DNA of 64,000 nt from Sulfuricella sp. (GTDB lineage: Bacteria; Pseudomonadota; Gammaproteobacteria; Burkholderiales; Sulfuricellaceae), in NCBI GenBank assembly GCA_028714955.1, contig JAQTLK010000004.1, forward strand, positions 709-64,708. The letters are read 5' to 3'. Position numbers and translations under genes: made by a program. The notes under the pieces are model-generated. The model did no database searches and was not told the origin of the DNA. It saw only the letters and a program-made list of their open reading frames with translations. Shown piece by piece: positions 9,616-19,010 of the stretch (position 1 is its first letter; every line of letters starts with the position of its first letter).

Positions 9616-11046
9616 GTGCCCACGACTGAAGCACCTTCCCTCTACCAGAAACGCATCCCGATCTTCACCCGTTCGGTAAAAGGCAAGTTCCGCACCTTCA
9701 AGACGGCAATGCTGCTCCTGGCTTACAGCGTCTATTTCGGCTTGCCGTGGCTGCCTTGGCATCGCGGCCATGAGGCGGCGTCGCAAGCGGTGCTGTTTGA
9801 CTTGCCGGGACGCAAGTTTTATCTCTTCGACCTGGTGGTCTATCCCCAGGATATATTCTGGCTGTCGCTGCTGCTGTTTATCGCAGGGGCACTGCTGTTT
9901 TTCGTCACTGGCCTGATTGGGCGCGCATTTTGCGGCTATTTCTGCTTCCAGACGCTGTGGACCGACGCCTTTATCGCTATCGAAAGGATGATACAGGGAG
10001 AGCGTCCCGCGCGGCAACGGCTCTACAAGCAAGCCTGGAATGGGGAAAAAATCGCAAAAATCGGCCTGACTCACCTGTTGTGGCTGGCATTGGCGTTCTG
10101 GACGGCGTTTACCTTCGTCCTGTATTACGGCTATGCCCCCGAACTGACCGTTCAGTTCTTTAGCGGCAAAGCCCCGAGCGTGGCGTATTTCACCACGCTG
10201 ATTCTGACCCTGACCACCTATGTGGCGGCCGGTTGGGCGCGCGAACAAGTGTGCCTCTATATGTGTCCCTATGCCCGCTTCCAGGGCGTGATGTACGATC
10301 CGGAAACACTGGCGGTGGCCTACGATAGCCGCCGCGGCGAAGGCACGGCGGGCCGGGCGGTGCCGCGCGCCGGGCTGAGAACCCGCGAGGAGCGCAAGGC
10401 CAAGGGGCACGGCGACTGCGTAGACTGCAAATTATGCATGCAGGTTTGCCCGACCGGCATCGATATCCGCAATGGCTTGCAATACCAGTGCATCGCCTGC
10501 GGCCTGTGCGTCGATGCCTGCAACAACATGATGGACTCGATGGGCTATCCGCGCGGCCTGATTCGTTATGATTCGGAAGCGAACCTTTCCGCACCCATGC
10601 CGTCCAACCCTCACTTGCACTGGAAGCGGCTCAAGATTGCCGGCTGGGGCGTGGCGCTGGCCATCATGAGCGGGGCGCTGATCTTCAGCGTGGAGCACCG
10701 CACCAGCCTCGACGCCGCAGTGCAGCAGGTGCGCCAGCCGCTATTCGTGATGCTGTCGGACGGACACATACGCAACCGCTACCAGATACGCATCACCAAC
10801 AAGGCGGTGGAAGACGAAGTCTATGACATCACTGTCAAGGGCGTGCCGGACGCCGCGCTGGACATGGGTAATTTCCGTGAAGTCAAGGTGCGTGCAGGCA
10901 AAAGCCTGATCGTGCAGGCCAGCGTGTCGCTGCCGCGCGAAATGGCGGAACATGACAACCACTTCGAGTTCGTGGTCACCCCCAGGAGCCAGCCGGCACA
11001 TGCGGTCACCCTGGCAACCCGCTTCGATTATAAACACGATGAGTGA
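9616..11046 (+). CDS. ccoG: cbb3 assembly polyferredoxin
   Basis: GRAFCGYFCFQT, CLYMCPYARFQ, CVDCKLCMQVCPTGIDIR, CIACGLCVDAC. Confidence 0.95.
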   Translation: MPTTEAPSLYQKRIPIFTRSVKGKFRTFKTAMLLLAYSVYFGLPWLPWHRGHEAASQAVLFDLPGRKFYLFDLVVYPQDIFWLSLLLFIAGALLFFVTGLIGRAFCGYFCFQTLWTDAFIAIERMIQGERPARQRLYKQAWNGEKIAKIGLTHLLWLALAFWTAFTFVLYYGYAPELTVQFFSGKAPSVAYFTTLILTLTTYVAAGWAREQVCLYMCPYARFQGVMYDPETLAVAYDSRRGEGTAGRAVPRAGLRTREERKAKGHGDCVDCKLCMQVCPTGIDIRNGLQYQCIACGLCVDACNNMMDSMGYPRGLIRYDSEANLSAPMPSNPHLHWKRLKIAGWGVALAIMSGALIFSVEHRTSLDAAVQQVRQPLFVMLSDGHIRNRYQIRITNKAVEDEVYDITVKGVPDAALDMGNFREVKVRAGKSLIVQASVSLPREMAEHDNHFEFVVTPRSQPAHAVTLATRFDYKHDE

Positions 11047-11054
11047 ACCCTTGA

Positions 11055-11843
11055 ATGTTTGAAACCCTGTTTGGCGGCGCACTGACAATCATCGTGCTGT
11101 ATTACCTGCTGCGTGCATTCGGCGTGGGCAATTACTGGCGCGGAGTAATCAGCGGCATTGTGCCGGTCATCGGTTACCTGGGGATGAGCGCGTCGAACTG
11201 GCCGGGGGGCGACGTGATCTCGATGCACTTGGCCGTTTATCTTGCGACCGCGACCGTGCTGACCGTGGTCGGTGCGCGCAAGCGGGGGGAAATGAAGCGC
11301 CTGCACTGGGGTCCCAAGGTCATAATCATTTTCTTCCTCGCATTGTTCGTGATCGATGGCTCGCTGCTGGTGGTTTCCGGCCAGGGTGTGCCCCAGGCCG
11401 TGGCGAAATGGATACTGCCGCCGGCAAAGAAAACGGATCATGCGGCACATACGGCTTTTTCCGGGGTGGTGCCCCATGGCGAGGAAGCCGCCAGGAGCAT
11501 CAGCCAGTTTCGCGCCAGCACGGATAAGCAGAACAGGCTTGGCTGGAAGGTGAGCGTGGCGGGCCTGGGAAAAATCGTCCAGGGGCGTCAGGCTGGCGTT
11601 GCCGTCACGTCCAGCGGCGCCGATGGGCAGCCGTTGCGTGGCGCGGCGGCTGCAATGGCCGTATCGCGCCCCGGCATGGCAAAGCCGGAGCAGATACTCG
11701 ACCTGGTGGAAACCGATCCAGGCGTTTATCGCACGCAGATTACCGTGGAGCGGCCAGGCGTTTGGCTGGCGGCAATCCGCCTCCAGCATGGCAGGGATCG
11801 CTACGAAGTGCAGCAACAGCTTGATGTATCCGCCGCGCAATGA
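11055..11843 (+). CDS. ccoH: FixH/CcoH-family protein with N-terminal membrane region
   Basis: Position between ccoG and ccoI; several N-terminal hydrophobic helices; C-terminal FixH-like (KQNRLGWKV...ETDPGVY) region. Confidence 0.7.
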   Translation: MFETLFGGALTIIVLYYLLRAFGVGNYWRGVISGIVPVIGYLGMSASNWPGGDVISMHLAVYLATATVLTVVGARKRGEMKRLHWGPKVIIIFFLALFVIDGSLLVVSGQGVPQAVAKWILPPAKKTDHAAHTAFSGVVPHGEEAARSISQFRASTDKQNRLGWKVSVAGLGKIVQGRQAGVAVTSSGADGQPLRGAAAAMAVSRPGMAKPEQILDLVETDPGVYRTQITVERPGVWLAAIRLQHGRDRYEVQQQLDVSAAQ

Positions 11844-14263
11844 GCCTGGATGGCGCGTGTTTTCACTGCGGCCAGGCGGTGCCGCCCGATGCCGATTACC
11901 CGGTCAGCGTCGACGGCGCGCCGCATGGCATGTGCTGCCGTGGCTGCCAGGCGGTTGCCCAGGCTATCGTGGACAATGGCTTGCAGGCATATTACAGCCA
12001 TCGCACCGCGCTGCCCTCCACCGCCAATGAACTGATTCCCGCCGAACTGTCCAGGCTCGCCCTGTATGACCATCCCGAGATTCAAAAAAGCTTCGTTATC
12101 GAGGAAAAGGATGCCGCGCACCTCAAGCAGGCTTCACTGATCCTGGAGGGCATAACCTGCGCCGCCTGCATCTGGCTCAACGAACGCCACCTGCAGCAAT
12201 TGCCGGGGGTCAAAAATGTTCAGGTCAATTACGGCAACCACCGTGCCCGCATCACCTGGGACGAACATGAAATACAACTGTCCCGCATTCTGCGGGAAAT
12301 CCAGTTGCTCGGCTACAACGCGCATCCTTACAATGCCCTGCAGCAGGAGGCAACGCGGCGCCGGGCGAAAAGCCGCGATATACGGCGCATCGCGGTAACC
12401 GGACTGTCCGCCGGGCAGGTGATGATGCTGGCCGTGGCGCTGTATGCCGGCGCAGCTTTCGGCATCGAGCACCGCACCGCACAACTGCTGCGTTATGTCA
12501 GCCTGATCCTCACCCTGCCCGTCTTGTTCTACACGGCCGTGCCATTCTACGTCAGCGCCTGGCGTTCGTTGCAATCGGGACGGCTCAATATGGATGTGCC
12601 GGTTACCATCGCCATGATGACGGCCTTTGCCGGCAGTGCGTGGGTGACCTTTCGCGGTGCAGGCGTGGTGTATTACGATGCCATCACCATGTTCACGCTG
12701 TTCCTGCTGTCCACCCGCTTTCTGGAGCGCAATGCACGGGAAAGATCGGTGGAGGCGACGGAAAACCTGCTCAGGCTGGTGCCGGCAATGGCATTGAGGA
12801 TTCGCGCCGGACGGCAAGAAGCGGTGGCCGTGCTCGACCTGGCAGCGGGGGACCTGATCCTGGTGAAGCCGGGCGAAGCGGTGGCAGCGGACGGCGAGGT
12901 TACGGAGGGCGTGAGCAGCGTGGACGAGGCTCTGCTGACCGGAGAAAGCCGGGCGGTTGAGAAAGTGGCCGGCACCCCGGTGATCGCTGGCAGCATCAAT
13001 ATGGAAGGGCCACTTACGGTGCGGGTCACCGGCGTAGGCGAAAATACCGTGCTCGCCGGCATCGTGCGCCTGCTCGACCGCGCCGTGGCGGAAAAGCCGC
13101 GTCTGGCCCAGTTGGCGGACCGGGTCGCGGGCTACTTTACCTATATCCTGCTGGCCCTGGCCCTGCTTGTCGGGCTGGCCTGGTGGTGGGCAGACCCCGC
13201 GCGCGTGCTCGAAATCGTGCTGGCCGTCCTGGTGGTGACCTGTCCCTGTGCGCTCTCGATTGCCGCGCCAGCCGCTTTTGCCGCGGCCGGGTCGCACCTG
13301 CTGAAGCAGGGTATCCTGCTCACCCGCGGACACGCGCTGGAAACCCTGTCCAGGGTTACGCACGTGGTATTCGATAAAACCGGTACCTTGACTTACGGCA
13401 AGCCGCTGCTGAGCCGGGTTGTCGCGCTGGGCGAAATGGACGAGACGGAATGCCTGCGCATCGCGGCCAGCCTGGAACAGGCTTCGGAGCATCCATTGGC
13501 GCAAAGCTTCCGGGCACGCATCGGCAATGTGGCCCTGTATGCGGTTTCCAATGCGCAGAACTATCCTGGCAAAGGCGTGGCGGGCGTCGTAAACGGACGG
13601 CGCTATACGCTCGGCAACCGCGCCATGTCCCCGGCGGCGGCAAATCCGGACGGCGATGTGCCGGATGCCGGGGACGGCGCGACGCTGGTGTGGTTGTGCG
13701 ACGAGCGGCAAGTGCTGGCAAGATTCGCGCTTTGCGACGAACTGCGGCCAGAAGCCTTTGGCCTGGTCACCGAGTTGAAAGAACAGGGTTTCAGGATATC
13801 CATGCTGAGTGGCGATTCAGCGGCGGCAGTGCAGCATTTCGCCGCGCGCCTGGGCATTGCGGATTATCGCTGGGGCATGCGTCCGGAAGACAAGCTGGCG
13901 GCGCTGAAAGCGCTGCAGGCCGAGGGGCAAGTGGTGGCGATGGTCGGCGATGGCGTCAACGATGCGCCGGTGCTGGCAGGGGCGGATGTTTCCATCGCCA
14001 TGGGCGGCGGCACACAGGTCGCACGTGCGAGCAGCGACATTGTCCTGTTGTCCGAAAAACTGCCCGACATCTGGCATGCCTTGCAGACAGGGCGCGCAAC
14101 CATGAAGGTCATGAAGCAAAATTTCGCCTGGGCCGCGGGATATAATCTGCTCGCCCTGCCTTTCGCCGCCATGGGCTTTATTCCGCCCTGGCTCGCGGCT
14201 CTTGGCATGTCGGTGAGTTCTCTGGTGGTGGTGTTGAATGCCCTGCGTTTGAAACAGCTTTAG
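11840..14263 (+). CDS. ccoI: P1B-type copper-translocating ATPase for cbb3 assembly
   Basis: CFHCG...CCRGCQAV, CAACIW, TGES, CPCALS, DKTGT, GDGVNDAP. Confidence 0.95.
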   Translation: MSLDGACFHCGQAVPPDADYPVSVDGAPHGMCCRGCQAVAQAIVDNGLQAYYSHRTALPSTANELIPAELSRLALYDHPEIQKSFVIEEKDAAHLKQASLILEGITCAACIWLNERHLQQLPGVKNVQVNYGNHRARITWDEHEIQLSRILREIQLLGYNAHPYNALQQEATRRRAKSRDIRRIAVTGLSAGQVMMLAVALYAGAAFGIEHRTAQLLRYVSLILTLPVLFYTAVPFYVSAWRSLQSGRLNMDVPVTIAMMTAFAGSAWVTFRGAGVVYYDAITMFTLFLLSTRFLERNARERSVEATENLLRLVPAMALRIRAGRQEAVAVLDLAAGDLILVKPGEAVAADGEVTEGVSSVDEALLTGESRAVEKVAGTPVIAGSINMEGPLTVRVTGVGENTVLAGIVRLLDRAVAEKPRLAQLADRVAGYFTYILLALALLVGLAWWWADPARVLEIVLAVLVVTCPCALSIAAPAAFAAAGSHLLKQGILLTRGHALETLSRVTHVVFDKTGTLTYGKPLLSRVVALGEMDETECLRIAASLEQASEHPLAQSFRARIGNVALYAVSNAQNYPGKGVAGVVNGRRYTLGNRAMSPAAANPDGDVPDAGDGATLVWLCDERQVLARFALCDELRPEAFGLVTELKEQGFRISMLSGDSAAAVQHFAARLGIADYRWGMRPEDKLAALKALQAEGQVVAMVGDGVNDAPVLAGADVSIAMGGGTQVARASSDIVLLSEKLPDIWHALQTGRATMKVMKQNFAWAAGYNLLALPFAAMGFIPPWLAALGMSVSSLVVVLNALRLKQL

Positions 14264-14274
14264 AGGTTAAAGAG

Positions 14275-14460
14275 ATGACACCCATTTTGATCTTCCTGCT
14301 TGGTCTGGCTGCCTTGATGGTGATCATTGCTGGCGCCGGGATATTCTGGGCGATCAGGAACGGCCAGTTCGATGACATGGAAGGGCCGGCGCAACGCATC
14401 CTGATGGATGAGGATGATCCGCTCATACCGCACCGCACATTGAGGGGCGGCGAAAAATAA
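14275..14460 (+). CDS. ccoS: cbb3 maturation protein
   Basis: FWAIRNGQFDDMEGPAQRILMDEDD signature. Confidence 0.93.
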   Translation: MTPILIFLLGLAALMVIIAGAGIFWAIRNGQFDDMEGPAQRILMDEDDPLIPHRTLRGGEK

Positions 14461-14501
14461 ATTAGAATGCTGAACTAACCCGGATAACGAGGAGTGGAGC
14501 A

Positions 14502-14606
14502 ATGGCAATGTCAAACCTGTTTTCCAAGGAAAACCTGCCCATAACGATAGTGGTTGCCTTGATCGTATTGGCATGGCTGAGCTTTATGTCCGTGGTTCTG
14601 GCTTAA
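14502..14606 (+). CDS. Small single-helix membrane protein, 34 aa (MAMSNLFSKENLPITIVVALIVLAWLSFMSVVLA)
   Basis: GAGGAG/GGAG RBS upstream, a 20+ residue hydrophobic stretch, located between ccoS and the terminator. Too short for the ORF track. Confidence 0.6.
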   Translation: MAMSNLFSKENLPITIVVALIVLAWLSFMSVVLA

Positions 14607-14621
14607 CGCTTGCCCCGGACG

Positions 14622-14657
14622 CAAAAAAGGCGCCGTGCAGCCGCGGCGCCTTTTTTG
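14622..14657. terminator. Bidirectional intrinsic terminator between the cco operon and rpoH
   Basis: caaaaaaggcgccg-tgcagc-cgcggcgccttttttg: GC stem with A and T tracts on both sides. Confidence 0.85.
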
Positions 14658-14673
14658 TTTGCTCGGCGGGAAA

Positions 14674-15525
14674 TCAGTTTTCCCCGATAAGCACCTTCAT
14701 TTTCTGCATGGCCTTCTGTTCGATCTGGCGAATGCGCTCGGCAGAAACGCCATATTCCGCAGCCAGATCGTGCAGCGTCGCGCCGCCATCTTCCTGCAGC
14801 CAGCGCGCTTCGATGATGCGGCGGCTGCGTGCATCCAGTTTTTCCAGTGCAGTGGCCAGACCCTCGCTATGGCGCCGGGCGGTATCCTCTTGTTCCAGTT
14901 TCACGGCCGGCTCGGCACTTGGGTCGACCAGGTAGGAAATCGGGCTGAAGCTGTCTTCGTCATCCATGCTATTGCCTTCCAGCGCGATGTCCTGGCCGGT
15001 GAGGCGAGTTTCCATTTCCACCACTTCATGCGGTTTTACGCCCAGTTGCCCCGCCATGGCGCGAACTTCCTCCGGGTTCAGGGTGCCCAGGCTCTGCTTC
15101 AGACTGCGCAGATTGAAGAACAGCTTGCGCTGCGCCTTGGTCGTGGCAATCTTTACCAGGCGCCAGTTGCGCAGAATGAACTCGTGGATTTCGGCCTTGA
15201 TCCAGTGCACGGCGAATGAAACCAGACGCACGCCACGCTCAGGATCGAAACGCCTGACCGCCTTCATCAATCCGATATTGCCTTCCTGGATCAGGTCCGC
15301 CTGCGGCAGACCGTAGCCGATGTAGCCACGGGCGATGCTCACAACCACGCGCAAATGGGACATCACCAGCATGCGCGCGGCCTCCACGTCGCCGTTCTGC
15401 TGCAGGCGCACCGCGTAATCGTGCTCTTCTTCGGGAGTCAGCATGGGCAAAGCCTTGACCGACTGAATATAGCTTTCCAGGCTCCCAACTGAAATGGATA
15501 TGGGAAAATTAAGGGCGTGGGTCAT
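14674..15525 (-). CDS. rpoH: RNA polymerase sigma-32
   Basis: DLIQEGNIGLMKAV and the RpoH box QRKLFFNLR; VSAERIRQIE. Confidence 0.97.
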   Translation of the reverse strand: MTHALNFPISISVGSLESYIQSVKALPMLTPEEEHDYAVRLQQNGDVEAARMLVMSHLRVVVSIARGYIGYGLPQADLIQEGNIGLMKAVRRFDPERGVRLVSFAVHWIKAEIHEFILRNWRLVKIATTKAQRKLFFNLRSLKQSLGTLNPEEVRAMAGQLGVKPHEVVEMETRLTGQDIALEGNSMDDEDSFSPISYLVDPSAEPAVKLEQEDTARRHSEGLATALEKLDARSRRIIEARWLQEDGGATLHDLAAEYGVSAERIRQIEQKAMQKMKVLIGEN

Positions 15526-15551
15526 GAATTATTCCTCCTTGCAAGGCAATT

Positions 15552-15578
15552 TTAGCACTCGCTAATTGAGAGTGATAG
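15552..15578. promoter_or_regulatory. CIRCE element (HrcA operator) upstream of rpoH
   Basis: TTAGCACTC-gctaattga-GAGTGATAG against consensus TTAGCACTC-N9-GAGTGCTAA (2 mismatches). Confidence 0.85.
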
Positions 15579-15593
15579 TACAGTAAAAAGTTC
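15567..15593 (-). promoter_or_regulatory. sigmaE-type promoter of rpoH
   Basis: Minus strand GAACTT-N16-TCTCA, matching the GAACTT-N16-TCTGA sigmaE consensus. Confidence 0.7.
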
Positions 15594-15645
15594 AAGTATA
15601 AAACCCGTTCAACTTTTCAGGTACGGCAATACGGCCAGACAGCTC

Positions 15646-15813
15646 CTAGCCCGGATGTTTCATAAATTGACGCGCACCCTCGCTGGTCTTTTGTTCCGTA
15701 TGGAAATTTTGTTCGGTCGGACGTATGAATAAAACGCCACTCCCTCACAAAATTCCCCTACAGAGCAAAATCCTGCGCGATCATCACGCGAATTTATGAA
15801 ACATCCGGGCTAG
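15646..15813. mobile_element. MITE-like element, family A (168 bp)
   Basis: Perfect 23-bp terminal inverted repeats ctagcccggatgtttcataaatt / aatttatgaaacatccgggctag; no internal ORF. Confidence 0.8.
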
Positions 15814-16059
15814 GAGCCTGTCGGACTTGAAGAATCGAAGCGCAACGATTTTAGCAGGCAAGCCGCGCAGCGGCTGCTCGCAAAATTCGGCTGGGCGAGG
15901 ACAGATTTTGCGAGTTGGGCGATAAAGCCGCCCATCCCTGCTAACCCCATTTGCCGGTTTTGCAGGTCAATAGTCATTCTATTGACCAAAAAAGCGGTGA
16001 AATATGGACCGCCCAGGCGGATTTGCAGCCGATTTCCTTCAAGTCCGACAGGTTCCTAG
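15810..16059. mobile_element. MITE-like element, family B (250 bp)
   Basis: TIRs ctaggagcctgtcggacttgaag / cttcaagtccgacaggttcctag (22/23); shares CTAG 15810-15813 with element A. Confidence 0.8.
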
Positions 16060-16064
16060 TGGTT

Positions 16065-16247
16065 TTATGCGTCAATTTGGTCCAATGCTGCGCGCATTGC
16101 CGCCAGAATGAGCTTGTCTGCGGCGCCCTCGTCAATCTCGGGAATATCCCAGTCGAAGATTGCGCGATATTTTTCAAACAGGTTGCGCATATCTGCGACG
16201 ATTTCGCTGCGGTGCGCATCCAATTCCAGTTGTTCCATTTTGCTCAT
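16065..16247 (-). CDS. Small acidic hypothetical protein (60 aa)
   Basis: RBS-like GAGGA upstream; helical, protein-like composition (KYRAIFDWDIPEIDE). No recognised family. Confidence 0.7.
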   Translation of the reverse strand: MSKMEQLELDAHRSEIVADMRNLFEKYRAIFDWDIPEIDEGAADKLILAAMRAALDQIDA

Positions 16248-16298
16248 GGTATTTTCCTCTTTGACAAGATGACGATCTATTTACATTTCCTGTTGGTA

Positions 16299-17105
16299 TC
16301 ATGGATGCGCTTTCAAATTCATCATGGGCGTACTCCCCACTTGCGCCTGCCGGTAAAACAGCGTCAGTTGCCTGTAAACAGCGGGACAGCAGCTTTTCAA
16401 AATATCCGGTGCGGTAAAAAAATATTCGCTCAAAACTGCAAAAAACTCAGCCGGACTGGTAGCCGCGTAAGAATTGATAAAGCCCGGTTTTCCTGCCGCC
16501 ACATCCCTGCACAATTCCGCGTAAGCTCCGCTCAATGCTTCGGTCCATTGTTTTCGGCTCATGCCGCGACGTAATGGCGGCATGCCATTGGCCACCCCAT
16601 TGAGGCCATCCAGTTTGTGTGCAAACTCGTGCAATACGATATTGTTGCCGCCCTGGCGATGGTAACTGTCCCGTTCCACGTCATTCCAGGATAAAATTAC
16701 CGGCCCGCGCAGCCACGACTCGCCGCTCAAAGCGCTTGCTTCGTCATGCACCAGGCCCATGGCATCGCGCTGTACATGATTAACGCGAAACGCGCCAGGA
16801 TAGAGTATGACCTCGACCCAGCCGTCAAAATACTCCACGCCCAGATCCAGGATCAGCAAACAGGCCTGGGCGGCCACCACCACCCGCATTGAAGGCGTCA
16901 CTTCCAGACCCTGCGCGCCGGTGATTGATTTCTGATCCAGGAACCATGTCGTCAACTCGCGCAGGTGCGCCATTTGTACCGCATCCAGCCCTCTCAACAG
17001 CAACACGCGGCGGGACACGCTTTGCCAGATGCGGTGCGGTATCGGATGACGCTTGAGAATCCTGCGCATGCGCCAGCGCCGTAGCGCGATGCCTGGTGGG
17101 CGCAT
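16299..17105 (-). CDS. MtfA-like zinc-dependent peptidase (M90)
   Basis: IAAQACL-like VAAQACLLIL, GESW..GPVILSW, HEFAHKLD, YAATSPAEFFAVLSEYFF. Start uncertain (17105 or 17150). Confidence 0.88.
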   Translation of the reverse strand: MRPPGIALRRWRMRRILKRHPIPHRIWQSVSRRVLLLRGLDAVQMAHLRELTTWFLDQKSITGAQGLEVTPSMRVVVAAQACLLILDLGVEYFDGWVEVILYPGAFRVNHVQRDAMGLVHDEASALSGESWLRGPVILSWNDVERDSYHRQGGNNIVLHEFAHKLDGLNGVANGMPPLRRGMSRKQWTEALSGAYAELCRDVAAGKPGFINSYAATSPAEFFAVLSEYFFTAPDILKSCCPAVYRQLTLFYRQAQVGSTPMMNLKAHP

Positions 17106-17195
17106 CAGGTTTCCCCCCGGCTTTTCGTCGGTCAAGAAGATGGATTTCATGCTATCAGTTTTCCCTCACGCTGAATACGCCATTCCTTCCACCAT

Positions 17196-17212
17196 GTCCG
17201 ACAGGCTCCTAG
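17196..17212. repeat. Isolated family-B right end
   Basis: gtccgacaggctcctag is the exact reverse complement of the B left TIR core. Confidence 0.75.
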
Positions 17213-17303
17213 GCTTGAAACTTGATCCCCCATTTGTCAGACTTCAACATTAAGCAATCGGAAAACCAGGCCATGCACGCAAGCGGATGTTTTCGGAGAA
17301 TGC

Positions 17304-19010
17304 ATGATCCGCTTTGATCATCATTTGTGGCGGCGCTTTCGTGCCATAGCCGAACCTTACTGGTTCGGGGAAGAGAGGTGGCAAGCGCGGGGACTGCTAG
17401 TCCTGCTGGTGCTGCTGTTGCTGGGGCAGACGGGATTCGCCGTGCTGTTCAACCAGTTGACGGGAGAATTTACCTCGGCGCTGGCGGCAAAGGACGCGGA
17501 CCGGTTCTGGACCGCTATCGCTCAGTGCCTCGCCATTCTGGTCGTAGCCGTACCTATTTATGCGTTTTATTACTATGTGCGGGACAAGCTCGGTATTTAC
17601 TGGCGGCGTTGGCTGACCCGGAATTTCCTCGGCAACTATTTCAGCAACCGGGCTTATTACGAACTGAATGCCGGCAGCGAGATCGACAACCCGGATCAAC
17701 GCATTGCTGAAGACATCAATACCTTTACCCAAAGATCTCTCTACTTTCTGCTGGTGCTGATCGGTGCACTGCTGGACCTCGTGGCGTTCAGTGGCGTGCT
17801 CTGGTCGATTTCCACGGAACTGGTCATTTTTCTGATCATTTACGCGCTTGCCGGCACGGTGATCACGCTGCGCGTGTTCGGCAAGGTCCTGATCGGGCTC
17901 AACTTCCACCAACTCAGACGCGAAGCCAATTTCCGCTTCAGCCTGGTGCGCGTTCGCGAAAACGCCGAAGCCATCGCCTTTTATCGCGGTGAGGGACAGG
18001 AGTTGCGACAGGTCGGCCAGAATTTCAATGCGGCCTTCAGCAATTACAATAGACTCATCCGCGCGCAACTGAACCTGAACCTGTTTCAGTATGGCTACAG
18101 TTTCATGACCATCGTTTTGCCCAGCGCAATCATTGCCGGACGGGTACTCTCCGGGGAACTGGAAGTTGGACGCGCGATCCAGGCGGCAGGAGCTTTTGCG
18201 GCGATATTGAGCGCGCTGACGGTGATCGTGGAAAACTTCGAAAGCTTGAGCCGGTTTTCCGCGGGGATCGATCGCCTCGACAGCCTTGCCAGATTTTTCG
18301 CCGGGAAGAACGGCGGGCCGCCAAAGGAGGCCGAAGGTAACATCGACCTGGTGGCGGACTCCCGTCTGGTCATTGAAAACCTTACTTTGCATACCCCGGA
18401 CCGCGAAATCACCCTGATCAGAGACCTCTCCCTGAAGATCGACCCGGGCGAGGGGCTGATGATCGTTGGCGCCAGCGGTTGCGGAAAAAGTTCGTTACTG
18501 CGCGCCATCGCCGGCCTGTGGCACTCAGGGAGCGGCCGCATCATCCGGCCGGATAGCGGGGAAATGCTGTTTCTGCCGCAACGGCCTTACATGTTGCTGG
18601 GTAGCCTGCGCAGCCAGTTGTTATATCCGCGGCAGGATAGGGACGTGACGGACGAGGAACTCCTGCAGTTGCTGGAGCGCGTCAATCTTCCGGATATCTG
18701 CGCCCGGTTTGGCGGCCTGGATGCCGACCTGGACTGGGCAAAGGTACTGTCGGTGGGCGAGCAGCAGCGCGTGGCTTTTGCCCGCGTGCTGCTCGCCACG
18801 CCCCGCTATGCCATTCTCGATGAAGCGACCAGTGCCCTGGATAGCGCCAACGAGGACCATCTTTATCGGCAGTTGGCGGCCAGCGCCACAACGCTGGTCA
18901 GTGTCGGCCATCGTCCTTCCATTCTGAAATATCACGCACAGGTACTGGAGCTTGCTGGGGATGGGGCATGGCGGCTGCATGCGGCGAGAGGCTACAATTT
19001 CAATTTCTAG
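17304..19010 (+). CDS. Fused permease/ATPase ABC transporter (YddA/BacA-like, ABCD-type)
   Basis: IDNPDQRIAED, EANFRFSLVRVRENAEAIAFY (EAA motif), GASGCGKS, LSVGEQQRVAFAR, ILDEATSALD. Confidence 0.9.
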   Translation: MIRFDHHLWRRFRAIAEPYWFGEERWQARGLLVLLVLLLLGQTGFAVLFNQLTGEFTSALAAKDADRFWTAIAQCLAILVVAVPIYAFYYYVRDKLGIYWRRWLTRNFLGNYFSNRAYYELNAGSEIDNPDQRIAEDINTFTQRSLYFLLVLIGALLDLVAFSGVLWSISTELVIFLIIYALAGTVITLRVFGKVLIGLNFHQLRREANFRFSLVRVRENAEAIAFYRGEGQELRQVGQNFNAAFSNYNRLIRAQLNLNLFQYGYSFMTIVLPSAIIAGRVLSGELEVGRAIQAAGAFAAILSALTVIVENFESLSRFSAGIDRLDSLARFFAGKNGGPPKEAEGNIDLVADSRLVIENLTLHTPDREITLIRDLSLKIDPGEGLMIVGASGCGKSSLLRAIAGLWHSGSGRIIRPDSGEMLFLPQRPYMLLGSLRSQLLYPRQDRDVTDEELLQLLERVNLPDICARFGGLDADLDWAKVLSVGEQQRVAFARVLLATPRYAILDEATSALDSANEDHLYRQLAASATTLVSVGHRPSILKYHAQVLELAGDGAWRLHAARGYNFNF

